From a virus (lineage: Duplodnaviria; Caudoviricetes): a stretch of 58,664 bases of DNA. The position numbers were made by a program, and so were the translations under genes. Positions within the stretch are counted from its first letter, which is position 1. Every line of letters starts with the position of its first letter. Shown in pieces: positions 28,954 through 40,140 of the stretch. The stretch is from the IMG/VR virus record IMGVR_UViG_3300025096_000019, positions 1-58,664 of that record; one strand, 5' to 3'. The notes beneath the pieces are model-generated. The model saw nothing but the letters and a program-made list of their open reading frames with translations. It made no database searches and was not told the origin of the DNA.

Positions 28954-30594
28954 TTAGAAGGTTCCTCCATCCAAAGTAGTTGTCCAAGTAGGTGTGCCAG
29001 CAGCATTAGTAGTTAGAACATAATTCGATGTACTAATACCAGCAGCAGGAGATACAGTTGATTTCTGTAATCCAGTATTGTCAAAGTAAACAACACCACT
29101 AGTATCCCAATCAGCAGCATCATTATAGTAGATGCCTTTAATATCTAGGAAACCTTTTGTACCACTTACTACGCTACCCGTAATTGTAGCATCTGGAACA
29201 AAGGTAAACTTGTTACTAGAATCCTCATAACCAAAGAATCCGGTTTTGTTATTACCTACACCAGAACTAGTATTATAATTGAAGGAAATACCGCGATCAG
29301 TATTAGTATCAAAACCGTGAGTAATTGTTATCTGTGCTGTTGTATTGATACCAGCAGTTGTTACACCATCAATGTATACTGTACCCAATCCAACACCACT
29401 TGCTGGTGAAATATATGAATAAACAGTTGTTGTACCTGCACCTGGCATTCCAACAGCGGTAAGAGTATCACCAGTGTTAATACCAACAACTGAATCGAAT
29501 TCGAATATTGAAGTACCACTACCAACATTCTTCATAACAGTACGTTGACTGGTTACATCACCAACAGTCATTATGGCATCATTAACAGTTGCTGATGTTG
29601 AATTAACTGTAGTTGTTGTACCATCAACCTGTAAATCACCCTTAACAATAACAGTACCTTCATTACTTAATCCATCGGGATATGGGTCAATATAGAGAGT
29701 ATTACCTCCTCCTGACCTTGTTGAGATAACATTAGAAGAAATTCCAACGTTATCAATGATTGCTCCACCTTGATTATTAAAGAGAGCCAAATGATCGATA
29801 CGACCCTGGAATGTAGCAATACCTGTTAGATTAGTATTTCTTGCATTAAATTCGTCAAATACTAAGTCATCTGCAACATATAAGTCACCACCAACATATA
29901 AATCACTAGCGAAAGTTGTTATACCAGTAAAGGTAGATATACCACCAACACTGAAATTACCACCAACATTAAGGTTCTTCTCAATACCAGCACCACCTTC
30001 AAGTATTACTGATCCATCATTCTTACTGTTTGAATCAGTAGTAGTAATAAAATTCCAATCAGCACCACTTATTTGAAGTGTGTCTGAACCTGCTTCATCA
30101 TATTTAATCTTTGCGTCTTTACTTGTACCAAAGGTTAAGTAATTATCATCTTCAATAAGAACTTCACCAGTACCATTAGGTCTTACAATGATATCAGTAT
30201 TATCAATATTAGAAGAAATTACGTGCCCATCAAAAGTTAAATCATCTACTGACCATTGATCAACTCTTGGTAGATTAGAAATAACACCAGCACCACCAGG
30301 GTTACCAGCACTTTCCCTATTCATAATAGGGATGAATCCATTAGCTAATGTACCAGCATCTGCATTTCGTCCTACTGCAACTGATCCAGGTAAGTTATAT
30401 CTTATTAAGTCTGTATAATATTTGCCACCAATCTCTATCGGATCTGGGTCTGGTGTGGTATTATCACCACCAAATAGTCTTCCACCAAAGGTTCCATGAG
30501 TCGCTAAACCAACGGTAAGGGCTAACTCACCGAATTTGATTGTGCTTGGGGCCGCAGTTCCTGTGGATCTTTTTACCCTAATAAAACTGGCCAT
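28954..30594 (-). CDS. Fibre-like structural protein
   Basis: N-terminal IRVKRS...P...GELA, beta-rich body (GGAGIEKNLNVGG, KGDLQVDGTTTTVNS), C-terminal LDGGTF. Confidence 0.8.
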   Translation of the reverse strand: MASFIRVKRSTGTAAPSTIKFGELALTVGLATHGTFGGRLFGGDNTTPDPDPIEIGGKYYTDLIRYNLPGSVAVGRNADAGTLANGFIPIMNRESAGNPGGAGVISNLPRVDQWSVDDLTFDGHVISSNIDNTDIIVRPNGTGEVLIEDDNYLTFGTSKDAKIKYDEAGSDTLQISGADWNFITTTDSNSKNDGSVILEGGAGIEKNLNVGGNFSVGGISTFTGITTFASDLYVGGDLYVADDLVFDEFNARNTNLTGIATFQGRIDHLALFNNQGGAIIDNVGISSNVISTRSGGGNTLYIDPYPDGLSNEGTVIVKGDLQVDGTTTTVNSTSATVNDAIMTVGDVTSQRTVMKNVGSGTSIFEFDSVVGINTGDTLTAVGMPGAGTTTVYSYISPASGVGLGTVYIDGVTTAGINTTAQITITHGFDTNTDRGISFNYNTSSGVGNNKTGFFGYEDSSNKFTFVPDATITGSVVSGTKGFLDIKGIYYNDAADWDTSGVVYFDNTGLQKSTVSPAAGISTSNYVLTTNAAGTPTWTTTLDGGTF

Positions 30595-30821
30595 TAAAAG
30601 CTACCTCCGTTGATATCCAAATTCTGTGTTGCTCCTGGTGTTAAATCTAAGGTTGCGTCCCATTGCCCACTAGTACTGTTATAAACTAGAACCATACCGT
30701 TTTGAGCACCTGCCGCATTAACGTCGTTTAAACCACCTAAACTCATAGAAGAGCTTCCTGCAATTGAGGAAACAACCTTTACGGCATTTTGTTGGCCAAC
30801 TCTAACTTTAATATCTGGCAT
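30594..30821 (-). CDS. Small structural protein (75 aa)
   Basis: LGGLNDV...NGMVLVYN...W fibre-type repeat; C-terminal INGGSF. Confidence 0.75.
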   Translation of the reverse strand: MPDIKVRVGQQNAVKVVSSIAGSSSMSLGGLNDVNAAGAQNGMVLVYNSTSGQWDATLDLTPGATQNLDINGGSF

Positions 30822-31162
30822 TATTGTGTCACCCCTTGTCTAACCAGGACAGATCCTTCAACAACTCTCGTTACAGTATTACCACTATCAGTTATTAATA
30901 CATCATATACATATCTACCAGATTTTAAAGCAGTAGTTTGTGTGGTGGTAAGTCCAACTTTAACAGTTCCTTCATTAACATTCAGAACTGCACCATTTAA
31001 ATCAGTATAAGAAGTACTACCAGGATGCTTTCGCATTTGAGCTCTAACAGTATACCCGCTTAAATTTAAGACAGAGTTTGAACCACTATCTTCAAGAGTA
31101 AATGTTTGGCCAAATGTAGCACCAGTATTTACGACTAAATTACTTACGTAAACAGCTGCCAT
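30821..31162 (-). CDS. Structural adaptor protein (BppU N-terminal-like)
   Basis: GATF, LSGYTVRAQMRK, GRYVYDV, RVVEG. Confidence 0.78.
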   Translation of the reverse strand: MAAVYVSNLVVNTGATFGQTFTLEDSGSNSVLNLSGYTVRAQMRKHPGSTSYTDLNGAVLNVNEGTVKVGLTTTQTTALKSGRYVYDVLITDSGNTVTRVVEGSVLVRQGVTQ

Positions 31163-31187
31163 ATATAAAAAATCAGGATCTATCTTA

Positions 31188-31195
31188 TATTTATA
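31188..31195 (-). promoter_or_regulatory. T4-type late promoter
   Basis: Intergenic TATAAATA. Confidence 0.85.
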
Positions 31196-31198
31196 CTC

Positions 31199-31402
31199 CT
31201 ACAAAACTGATCTATTAACAATTTCTTTAAGCATTCCTTTGATTTCTTCAATATCAGATTTCATCCGATCCAATTCTTCTTTTTGAGATTGTTTTTTATC
31301 CTTCATCATTATATATTGAGAATATCCACTGGCATCACAATTTACAATTGCTCCAGTGGATTCATCTCGATATAAATTTTTATAACCTTCAACAGGTATC
31401 AT
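31199..31402 (-). CDS. Conserved small protein with C-terminal coiled coil
   Basis: VEGYKNLYRD..TGAIVN; follows the VrlC-like gene. Confidence 0.78.
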   Translation of the reverse strand: MIPVEGYKNLYRDESTGAIVNCDASGYSQYIMMKDKKQSQKEELDRMKSDIEEIKGMLKEIVNRSVL

Positions 31403-34400
31403 TATGCCAATGCAACAACTCTCAGATCTTTGAATTTAGGTGGATATGCTTCATTAGTACCACTACATACAATCTTAATAGCAAATCCATTAAATTGTGC
31501 AAGATTATCAATAGTAAACTGATATTCTTTAAATTGACCACTTACACTTCCGGAAACCATAGCATCTGGAAGACCACTATTCTTACTAGAATCAATTACT
31601 TCATCACCATAACCATCACCGTCTGTATCCCTTAGATTATCATATCCTGGGAAGAGGTTGTAACTAGTTGGTTCATCAGAATCAGCAGAGAATAATTGAT
31701 AAAGAACTCTAAAATCAGCAGAAGAATGTCTATCTGCTCCAATCAATACTTTTATTGATGATGCAGGTTGTTGTAAATTAATCCTATTAGAAATATAAAT
31801 TCCAGTATGTGGATCACCTGTTAATTGATTTACTCTATCATCTCTAGAATAATTAGCAATAGGATTACTTAACCTATTTCTTCTAAGAATAATCTGTGCA
31901 TTCTGTGTATCTACTACAGGAGATAAATTAGCATTTTCTGAATTAAATCGAATGGCAAGAGTAGTAGATCTATTCTTAGGAAGAGTAGTTAATCTAGTTG
32001 TTTCATTAATCTCAGAACAAACCAATCTAGATGAGGTTAAATCATTAAGTTGATTTAACTCAATATCTTCATACCCCTGATCCAAGAATGATATTTCAGA
32101 TCCACCAGCACTTGTACCAGAAACAGATCTTAACTGTGAAGAAACGAAAGTTCCATCACCAGGTGTAATAACATTAACTTGTGGGAGAATTGCATTATAT
32201 TGGAAATTCTGAGATGCAAATGCGTTACCACCACCGACTGATTTCATATCAATAAAGTTTGTCATGTCATGTCCACTTGCTTGTCCACCAGGACGATTAA
32301 TCCTTAAATGATATCTATCAATAGTACGAGTACCATCAGAAATAGATGATGTAGTTGGCATATTATGAGTAGTATTAATTGCTGTCAATCCAATACCAGC
32401 AAGTTCATATTTATAAGCAGGATCATTAACACTATGAGTTCTACTTAGAGTACCATCAATACCTCTTGTTATTGCGGTAAGTTGATTAATTCCAATACCT
32501 TCATACTTTACTATTTCACCATTAATCTTTGCATAACCCATCGCAGTTGTTATTCCATTATAAGTTGCAAATTCTGCTGTACTAGCAATTGCAATTACAG
32601 TATCAGTAGCACTTATATTATCAGTTAGAAGAACAGGAGAAGTATCTGGATTAATACCAGAAATGCTAATAACATTATTATCTGCTGTCATACCATGATT
32701 GATCTGATTAACTTCAAGAATATTTCCATCATAAAGATCACTATATGCATGAGTATTAGCAGCAGTTCTTATAGCAGTAGCAGCAAGACCTGGATTTGTA
32801 ATAGTTGTATTATTACTATCATAAGTCAAAAGTAAATTACCAGGTGTAAAGTTTTCACCTTGAACATTAGTCAAATATAAAGTATCGATATTATCGATAG
32901 CACTGACTGTGAATACAGCACCTGATCCTTGACCATCAGTTGTACTTGTTGTTATTCCAAGAGCATCACCAACTACATACCCATTCCCACGGAAACCAGC
33001 AGCAATAGTAACACCATTAATAACTCCACTAGAAGTTGTAACAACTGTTGCTTTTGCACCAGAACCTTGTCCTGTTATTGGATATAATTCAACTGTATTA
33101 GTGTATGTCTGACTTGCCTTATATCCACTACCAACTTGAGATATTACAAGTGTAGTAACTCTTGATCCAACATTTTCAATATATCCAGAAGGATCATCTT
33201 TTACAAGTGCAGCACTAGGATCAGCAGAAGTAATTCTTCTACCAGCAATTAATGCACCACCCATATTAGATGTAGTAGTAATACCAATTCTAAGTTTTCT
33301 TGGTAAAGTTGTTACTGAATTGGGAAGCAATTTTGGTACATGATTATTATCTGGACCTAAAGAAGGATTATAGAAATAAACAGTACCAGAAGATGAGGTA
33401 AAATTAGCCTTATGAAGTTTAAATTTAAGGTCTTCAAATTGGCTTGGTGTCCAAATAGTTCCATTCTGTGATTTAAATAAACTTCCTCCAATATACTGAC
33501 GTGTTACCATAACACTCTCAGCATCAGGTAAAGTTGTAGTATTTACCGTTCTTTCACCCATTCTAGCAATCCATGCCTCATAATTATTTGAGAATGGTGA
33601 TAGTACAACAACAGCATATTCAGTATCTGGTTCTAGATAAACCGGAGATGGGAATGTTACTGTTGTTGCAACTGTTGCATCATCAGAAATATTAATTTCG
33701 GATGGTTGCAATGAAACTCTAGCAAAATCTTGTACCAAACTTCCTGTTGGAGTTCCCAGTTCAACTGTCCTAATTTCAACAAAACATCTTTGTGAAGCAT
33801 CTTTACTTGCAAAGAATAAATCTACTGCTGTTAAGAAACATCCAGAGTCTGTATCAGTTGTAAATGACTGCGCCAGAGGGTCACACCTACGTGGTGGGGG
33901 TGGGGGTGGCTGTCTTACTATAATATTTGTTTGTCTATAAGTATCAACTGTACCTTCTGTTCTATACCAAGTCTCTCCACTACTAATAAGAAGACTTCCT
34001 GGTAAAGGTTCAGCATTGGTATCACTTGAAGTTAATTTAAATGTCTTTGTACCTGTTCTAAATCTTAAAGATGGTACAGGAGTACCTAATGGATCTTTAA
34101 ACCAGAATGCTCCATAAACATCTCCATAGGTATCAGAAACCAATCTAACATCACTAACTGATGCTTCTGCACCACTAGACGTTCCTAATACAACAGCACC
34201 TGTTTGTACATATCCCCAGAAACTTCCCTGTGCTTCTTCTGCTAATGCTTGCTCGTCAATATTTAATACAGTAGAAGATGCTGCATATGCAGTTGGTAAA
34301 CTTATTGATGTATTATATGGATTTGCATTAAATGTAGTTGTTGGACTATTCCAATCACCTGTCTTGTGATTTGGTTGAGCCAATCTTAAAGATGCTATTT

Positions 34401-37400
34401 TAGTGCCACCAACATGAACTTCAACAGTTTCACCTTTCTGGAAAACCCCTCTTGTCATATTAATTTCAAGAAGTTTGGGAACAATATCTATCCCAGACAC
34501 ACCATCAAAGAATGGATAAAGTCTCGCAACTGGTCTAAATGCATCTCCTTCAAACGCTACATTTCTAGATCTAATATGTGTATCTGGATGACTACTAATC
34601 TTGATAGTTTCAATATACTCATAATTTCTTCCACCAGTTATAGTTCTTTCTCCACCACTAACATACACATTTCTAATCCAACCATCTGACATTGGATCTA
34701 GATTTATATGTCCATTATATTCAATCATATTGAATGGGTTAACATTCTCTACTCTAGATGCTAATGGTTGCTCAATAAAGTCAGTATTTGAATACTTTAA
34801 TGTGAGTAAATCACCAGTTTTTTGAATATTAGAATCTAATAATTCAATATTTGTTGAGAAATCAGCAGTAGTAGTATCAATTGTAGGTAATAATGCCAAT
34901 TCTGGTGCAACTGTTGTAAAATCTAATGGAACATTACATTCTTTCTTTTTGGTATCAATATCAACATTACAATCTGGATTTAATATATCAACTAAATTAT
35001 TATCCTTAAAGTCATCTACAAAGAATCCACTCTTAAACCTAGAAAGACCATCACTATCTTGGACTTGTAATGTCTTAGTATCGAGTTCTAGAAGACTTAA
35101 TGAAGTAACTACTTCAAGATTTTCAATCCTATCTTCTAAACTACCAATATCTCTCATAGTATATCTTCTATTATCCTGCAGATGTACTACTGCATCGTCT
35201 GCATCATAAAGATATGCAGGAAGAATTATATCTGCAATATGCATTACAGATTCAACATTAGTCGGTTCTTTTGGATCTAAAGCAGAAATACCTTTAACTA
35301 CAGAGAATGTTCCTTCTTTAGTTGGTCCAGGTCTAAGAACTAATTTATCTTTCCTAGGCAAATAATATGTATATCCAAGTATAGAACTCTCATTTGGAGC
35401 AGCTAATACCGGAGGATTGACTGAACCAGAGAAATCCCTACTACTTGGTGCAAAAGGAGAGCTACTAGTAGATGTAAATGTTGCTACTCTTGGTCTAAAA
35501 TCAAGAACATCAGTTGCTCTAACACCATTCTTTAAATGGGGAATATCTTTACCAAATCTTTCTTTACTATATGATTCTACTGTATATACATCTCCATTAT
35601 CATTAGAAGGAACTTGATAGCAATCATAAACTACTAATAACTTCCTTGAAGGTGCAGCAAAATTACTCTTTCTAACTAATCTAGAATAATCATAATACTG
35701 TTCTCTCTGACCCTTATCAAGATCAAATTTGTCACTTACATCAAGATAACTTCCTACTGTTATACCTTGCAAATTGCTAATAATCTGAGATTCTTCAAAT
35801 GTAATAGATTCTCCAATAATAAACTTTTTATCATTCAAATAACATATCTCAACTTCCGTAGCAGAAGAACGTGTAGTAAGTTGTGCAACTGCACTACTCC
35901 TTGCACCAACAATTCTCTCACCCACAATAGAATTGGTATTTAATCCCAATCCACCAACAAACGTTAATTTATCCAAACTTGGATCTGATGTTGTTAACGA
36001 TTCGTATACACCAACTACATTAACAACATCAGGAACATTTAAACAAACTTCTTTATCATGAACTCTAGTTCCATAAAAATTACTTACAGTTAATCCACTT
36101 ACTACGGATTCACTACCAGACTTTCCTTTATTGACAATTAATTTTTCACTTCTAATAAAATCTTTTTGCTTACTACGAATTCCTTGCTTCTTAACCGTAG
36201 TATTAACGATAACATTACTCTGAGATGCAGTAGCACCTTTTATAGTTACTTGTGTACCATTTGCATTTAACTCAAACTGATCACTAGTCAAATTCTCTAT
36301 TGTTGCATTCGAAAAATGCATTGAATATCGTTCAGCATCAAATGTATCATAAAAAGAACTAGAAAGACCAGTAGAACTAATAGGAATAACCATTTCACCA
36401 CTACCAGAAGTAGATTCATTAATAATCTGACTTCTTATGGATAAGGATGAATTGTTAAGATCAACATCAGAAATATTTGCTGTATCTAATGGTGTATAAA
36501 GACCAGCATTTTCACTATTAGTAATATTAGGATTAACAATCGAAAAAGGCACTGTTACCGTACCAGATGGAAGTGTATTACTAGCAACATTTGGTACATG
36601 CATACCACCTGATACAAGAGACAATGTAAGACCATCTGATGAAATATGATTAACTCTATTATAAGTTACTGTTGAGAATCCAGCAATCTGATAAGCAATA
36701 GTAGCATCACTTCTAATCCCCAAGAAATTCTTTCCTGGAGATGTTGCTACTCCACCAGAAGTAATAGTTAATTGATCACCAACATTAAATCCTGCTGGTG
36801 TTCCAGTGTTACGAAGTACAGTATCAGCAGTGAAATCACTATAATTTGATCCAAATATTCCACCACTACCACCTGTATTTTGATGTACTGATTTAATATC
36901 CTGTATACCATAAATCTGAACTCTTTTAACAGTTCTAATTGATGCTGGATCTTCATTAAATATAAGTTCTTCACCTACAATAAATTGACCAGAAACTTGA
37001 GTTAAGTTGAATCCGTCAACACCAACAGATGTGTCTTTAACATATCCTGTTGCTCCACTACTTAGACCTCTTACATAATCACTTACTACCAAGCTAATAC
37101 TATGATTTACATACACTGTTGTGAATATATTAATATCATAAAGATATAAATCCCATTCTGTTCCATCATTCTGATATGGTGCATCACTTACACTAAAAGA
37201 ATATACCCTTGCTTCTCCAATAGGAGCACCAGAACCAGCACTTGGATTACTGGATGTTTTTCTACGGTTGTATAAATATACTTTATTGTTGTGATTTATC
37301 CCAAGTTTGGGTGATCCTTCAACAAAATTTACTTTCAATAAATTACCCATTTGGAATGGGACTAATGCATTACCAACAGATTGTGTATCTCTTGGTTTTT

Positions 37401-38526
37401 CAACATCAACAATTCTACCTAACGAATCAACTTCATAACCTCTAACATAAGCTTCTCCAGGAGAAACTTTAACACACATTAACTCATCTGATGGTGTATT
37501 GCCATCATCAGTAACTCTATTGGAAGAAAATACACCTTCATTAGAAATACCATCATTAAGTGATTCTGCTACCCTAACATCAAAAGCATCTAACGAATAA
37601 TCGCCAGATTCTTCAAATGTTCTTCTTGCAAATTCATCAGCAATTATTGAATATTCTGTCTTATTCTGTAATTTTTTAACCAATCCATTATCAAGTTTAA
37701 CTAATTCTATAAAACTCTTATCATCAAAATCAGTTAATGATTTCTTCGATAAAACAGCAGATATCTTTAATCTATCAGCACCAGGAGCAGCATAATTAGA
37801 AAATCCTCTTGCATTATCATATAATGAAGAATCATCCTTTGCAGTAACAATTTCTTCTAAAAGATTTAAACCAACTCTATAAGATGGTGTATTCGTATAA
37901 GGATCTAAAATAATAACATCAGCAGAAACATCTATAAAAGTTCCTCTACTAAAAAATACACCATCAGAAATACTTACAGCACATCCGGTTGCAGCTGCAT
38001 TTAATGATATAAGAGTAGCTACTGTACTTCCAGAAGTTACAGGTGTATTTCCATATACAAAAGATTCCTCAGATATTAAAACTTCACCATCACCCAAGAA
38101 TGCAACTTCTTTATCATCTCCAGCTTCTTTATATGATACAAATAATGTTAAATCAGTTATATTCGTTCCTTCAGCAGGTAAAGAATAATTATTGACAGTA
38201 ACAACAATGCCAGATGTCTGTCCTTTAAAATTCTTTCCTATAAGTTCGTCACAATATAATGCAACCGGAACACCTAAATGATTTTCATTTATCTTAATTG
38301 AATAATATTGATCATCATAATTGATACTTCCAGGTATCACCATTGATCCATCTTTAAATAGATGGCTTCCAACAGATTCAACCTGATTTTGTAAAACAGA
38401 TTGTAGAGTAGTTAGTTCCCTCGCCTGTACAGGTTGACCTGGTTTGAATAAGACTTTGTAAAAATTATCATTCTTATCAAAATCATCATAATAAGGACTT
38501 ATATTTAAATTAGTTTTCTGTGGCAT
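31402..38526 (-). CDS. Large VrlC-like (DUF4815-type) virion structural protein, 2374 aa
   Basis: PYYDDF, QARELTTLQS, APGADR, RYTMRDIG, GFFVDDF, DPLAQSF, GSLFKSQNG. Confidence 0.88.
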   Translation of the reverse strand: MPQKTNLNISPYYDDFDKNDNFYKVLFKPGQPVQARELTTLQSVLQNQVESVGSHLFKDGSMVIPGSINYDDQYYSIKINENHLGVPVALYCDELIGKNFKGQTSGIVVTVNNYSLPAEGTNITDLTLFVSYKEAGDDKEVAFLGDGEVLISEESFVYGNTPVTSGSTVATLISLNAAATGCAVSISDGVFFSRGTFIDVSADVIILDPYTNTPSYRVGLNLLEEIVTAKDDSSLYDNARGFSNYAAPGADRLKISAVLSKKSLTDFDDKSFIELVKLDNGLVKKLQNKTEYSIIADEFARRTFEESGDYSLDAFDVRVAESLNDGISNEGVFSSNRVTDDGNTPSDELMCVKVSPGEAYVRGYEVDSLGRIVDVEKPRDTQSVGNALVPFQMGNLLKVNFVEGSPKLGINHNNKVYLYNRRKTSSNPSAGSGAPIGEARVYSFSVSDAPYQNDGTEWDLYLYDINIFTTVYVNHSISLVVSDYVRGLSSGATGYVKDTSVGVDGFNLTQVSGQFIVGEELIFNEDPASIRTVKRVQIYGIQDIKSVHQNTGGSGGIFGSNYSDFTADTVLRNTGTPAGFNVGDQLTITSGGVATSPGKNFLGIRSDATIAYQIAGFSTVTYNRVNHISSDGLTLSLVSGGMHVPNVASNTLPSGTVTVPFSIVNPNITNSENAGLYTPLDTANISDVDLNNSSLSIRSQIINESTSGSGEMVIPISSTGLSSSFYDTFDAERYSMHFSNATIENLTSDQFELNANGTQVTIKGATASQSNVIVNTTVKKQGIRSKQKDFIRSEKLIVNKGKSGSESVVSGLTVSNFYGTRVHDKEVCLNVPDVVNVVGVYESLTTSDPSLDKLTFVGGLGLNTNSIVGERIVGARSSAVAQLTTRSSATEVEICYLNDKKFIIGESITFEESQIISNLQGITVGSYLDVSDKFDLDKGQREQYYDYSRLVRKSNFAAPSRKLLVVYDCYQVPSNDNGDVYTVESYSKERFGKDIPHLKNGVRATDVLDFRPRVATFTSTSSSPFAPSSRDFSGSVNPPVLAAPNESSILGYTYYLPRKDKLVLRPGPTKEGTFSVVKGISALDPKEPTNVESVMHIADIILPAYLYDADDAVVHLQDNRRYTMRDIGSLEDRIENLEVVTSLSLLELDTKTLQVQDSDGLSRFKSGFFVDDFKDNNLVDILNPDCNVDIDTKKKECNVPLDFTTVAPELALLPTIDTTTADFSTNIELLDSNIQKTGDLLTLKYSNTDFIEQPLASRVENVNPFNMIEYNGHINLDPMSDGWIRNVYVSGGERTITGGRNYEYIETIKISSHPDTHIRSRNVAFEGDAFRPVARLYPFFDGVSGIDIVPKLLEINMTRGVFQKGETVEVHVGGTKIASLRLAQPNHKTGDWNSPTTTFNANPYNTSISLPTAYAASSTVLNIDEQALAEEAQGSFWGYVQTGAVVLGTSSGAEASVSDVRLVSDTYGDVYGAFWFKDPLGTPVPSLRFRTGTKTFKLTSSDTNAEPLPGSLLISSGETWYRTEGTVDTYRQTNIIVRQPPPPPPRRCDPLAQSFTTDTDSGCFLTAVDLFFASKDASQRCFVEIRTVELGTPTGSLVQDFARVSLQPSEINISDDATVATTVTFPSPVYLEPDTEYAVVVLSPFSNNYEAWIARMGERTVNTTTLPDAESVMVTRQYIGGSLFKSQNGTIWTPSQFEDLKFKLHKANFTSSSGTVYFYNPSLGPDNNHVPKLLPNSVTTLPRKLRIGITTTSNMGGALIAGRRITSADPSAALVKDDPSGYIENVGSRVTTLVISQVGSGYKASQTYTNTVELYPITGQGSGAKATVVTTSSGVINGVTIAAGFRGNGYVVGDALGITTSTTDGQGSGAVFTVSAIDNIDTLYLTNVQGENFTPGNLLLTYDSNNTTITNPGLAATAIRTAANTHAYSDLYDGNILEVNQINHGMTADNNVISISGINPDTSPVLLTDNISATDTVIAIASTAEFATYNGITTAMGYAKINGEIVKYEGIGINQLTAITRGIDGTLSRTHSVNDPAYKYELAGIGLTAINTTHNMPTTSSISDGTRTIDRYHLRINRPGGQASGHDMTNFIDMKSVGGGNAFASQNFQYNAILPQVNVITPGDGTFVSSQLRSVSGTSAGGSEISFLDQGYEDIELNQLNDLTSSRLVCSEINETTRLTTLPKNRSTTLAIRFNSENANLSPVVDTQNAQIILRRNRLSNPIANYSRDDRVNQLTGDPHTGIYISNRINLQQPASSIKVLIGADRHSSADFRVLYQLFSADSDEPTSYNLFPGYDNLRDTDGDGYGDEVIDSSKNSGLPDAMVSGSVSGQFKEYQFTIDNLAQFNGFAIKIVCSGTNEAYPPKFKDLRVVALA

Positions 38527-38529
38527 TTT

Positions 38530-40107
38530 TTAGAATTCCAAGATAATTTTAACGTCTTCTTTTTGTCTAGCGTTTCTTGTAATAGTTGCCCTATTATCCA
38601 AGTAAATAATTTCACCTGACCCTTTATTTATCTCAGGTGAAGCAAGTCCATTTGTGAAGTTGCAACCCAGACTAATATTTTTATTACCAACAGTAGCGAT
38701 ACCAGAAGTAAAGGTAGTATCAACTGAACCAGTAAAACCACCAGTAGTAGTTACATCATCAGACGAAGATGCAAAAGATAAAACTTGACCAGTGGTACTA
38801 ATTCCAGCATAGTCAGTTTGATTACCAGTAGTTTGATTGTAATATAATGCCCTATCTTGATAATACTTCAATACGTTAGTATCAGTATCATAAGATGAGA
38901 CATACCCATAAGCAGTACCATTAGATACTTTCTGAGTAATTTTATCTCCGATAGAGATTGTTCCAGAACTGGAACTAAATTTAACAGCACTTAATGATGA
39001 AAATTGATTGTCAGTAAATGTTGTTGCTGTTCCTGGTACTGTTGGATTTTTTACAATCCCAATTTGGGCAAACTTAGTATCTACAGGAAAATCTTTTGTT
39101 GAATCATCAAATCTTGCATAAACAAGAACTTTATCAGTTCCTAATTCCTTATATAAATCATATCCATGACCTTTCGATGGTGGAATGATAGGAATTAACT
39201 TAGCAGGAGTTGGTGTAGTACCACTTGTTGCATTCTGGTTAATAGAACCCAAATCAACCATTGCATAAGTGTATCCTTTACCGCCAGAAGATACAATTGC
39301 TTTTTCTACCTTACCACTAACAACATCAACAACAACCTTACCACCAGTTCCATCACCAAGAATAGGAACTTCTTGTCCTAATCCACCGGAATAACCATTA
39401 CCTTTATCATCAATATAAACCTTTTTAATTTGATTATTATTTACAGATGAATCACCATTGTCACGAACTGCTTGAATTTGAGTATCCGTAGAAGTTGACC
39501 AATTATTTGGAACAGTGATGTATTCGGTAGAATCAAATTTTATAATGTCACTAGGTGCTACAGTATACAAATACTTCCAAGTATAACCATCTCCACTCTC
39601 ACCAGCCCTAGATGCTTCTAGATCTGTAAATATTGGTTCATCCTGAGAAGCATTTCCTGTTGTACTAATGCCAGTAGATCCATTATCAACACAAACATAA
39701 ACATTATAGTTTTTATTCATTACATAATAACTAGATCCGTATAACCTAGAAGATCCAGTTACTGGTGTAGGATTATTAACACTATAATCATGACGGTACA
39801 TTTCATATCTTGTACCTTTAACCCAATCAATCTTTTTAACTAGTCGTCTAATATTAGCACTACCAACCTTTTTTCCAAAGACCATAGTATCACCAACATG
39901 ATTCATATTATCAATATTATCTACCGGATTTGGAATATCCGTATCCCAGTCTGTTGTTCTTCCAAAACCAACAGGTCCACCATGTGTCACTGCTGCTGGG
40001 TTAGAGAGTCCTAAGAATACATAATAAGCATTTGCAGAGTTTTCTATCGTCTCTACAAAGTTATTTGCATTTAGAATTCTAAATTGATCTGTTACAATTG
40101 CAGCCAT
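38530..40107 (-). CDS. gp8: Baseplate wedge protein gp8
   Basis: YEMYRHDY, VYVCVDN, DGYTWKYLYT, SGEIIYLDNR, QKEDVKIILEF. Confidence 0.94.
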   Translation of the reverse strand: MAAIVTDQFRILNANNFVETIENSANAYYVFLGLSNPAAVTHGGPVGFGRTTDWDTDIPNPVDNIDNMNHVGDTMVFGKKVGSANIRRLVKKIDWVKGTRYEMYRHDYSVNNPTPVTGSSRLYGSSYYVMNKNYNVYVCVDNGSTGISTTGNASQDEPIFTDLEASRAGESGDGYTWKYLYTVAPSDIIKFDSTEYITVPNNWSTSTDTQIQAVRDNGDSSVNNNQIKKVYIDDKGNGYSGGLGQEVPILGDGTGGKVVVDVVSGKVEKAIVSSGGKGYTYAMVDLGSINQNATSGTTPTPAKLIPIIPPSKGHGYDLYKELGTDKVLVYARFDDSTKDFPVDTKFAQIGIVKNPTVPGTATTFTDNQFSSLSAVKFSSSSGTISIGDKITQKVSNGTAYGYVSSYDTDTNVLKYYQDRALYYNQTTGNQTDYAGISTTGQVLSFASSSDDVTTTGGFTGSVDTTFTSGIATVGNKNISLGCNFTNGLASPEINKGSGEIIYLDNRATITRNARQKEDVKIILEF

Positions 40108-40125
40108 ATTATTAGCTTTTTCCTA

Positions 40126-40133
40126 TATTTATA
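40126..40133 (-). promoter_or_regulatory. T4-type late promoter
   Basis: TATAAATA 18 nt upstream of the gp8 ATG. Confidence 0.85.
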
Positions 40134-40140
40134 ACCATAT

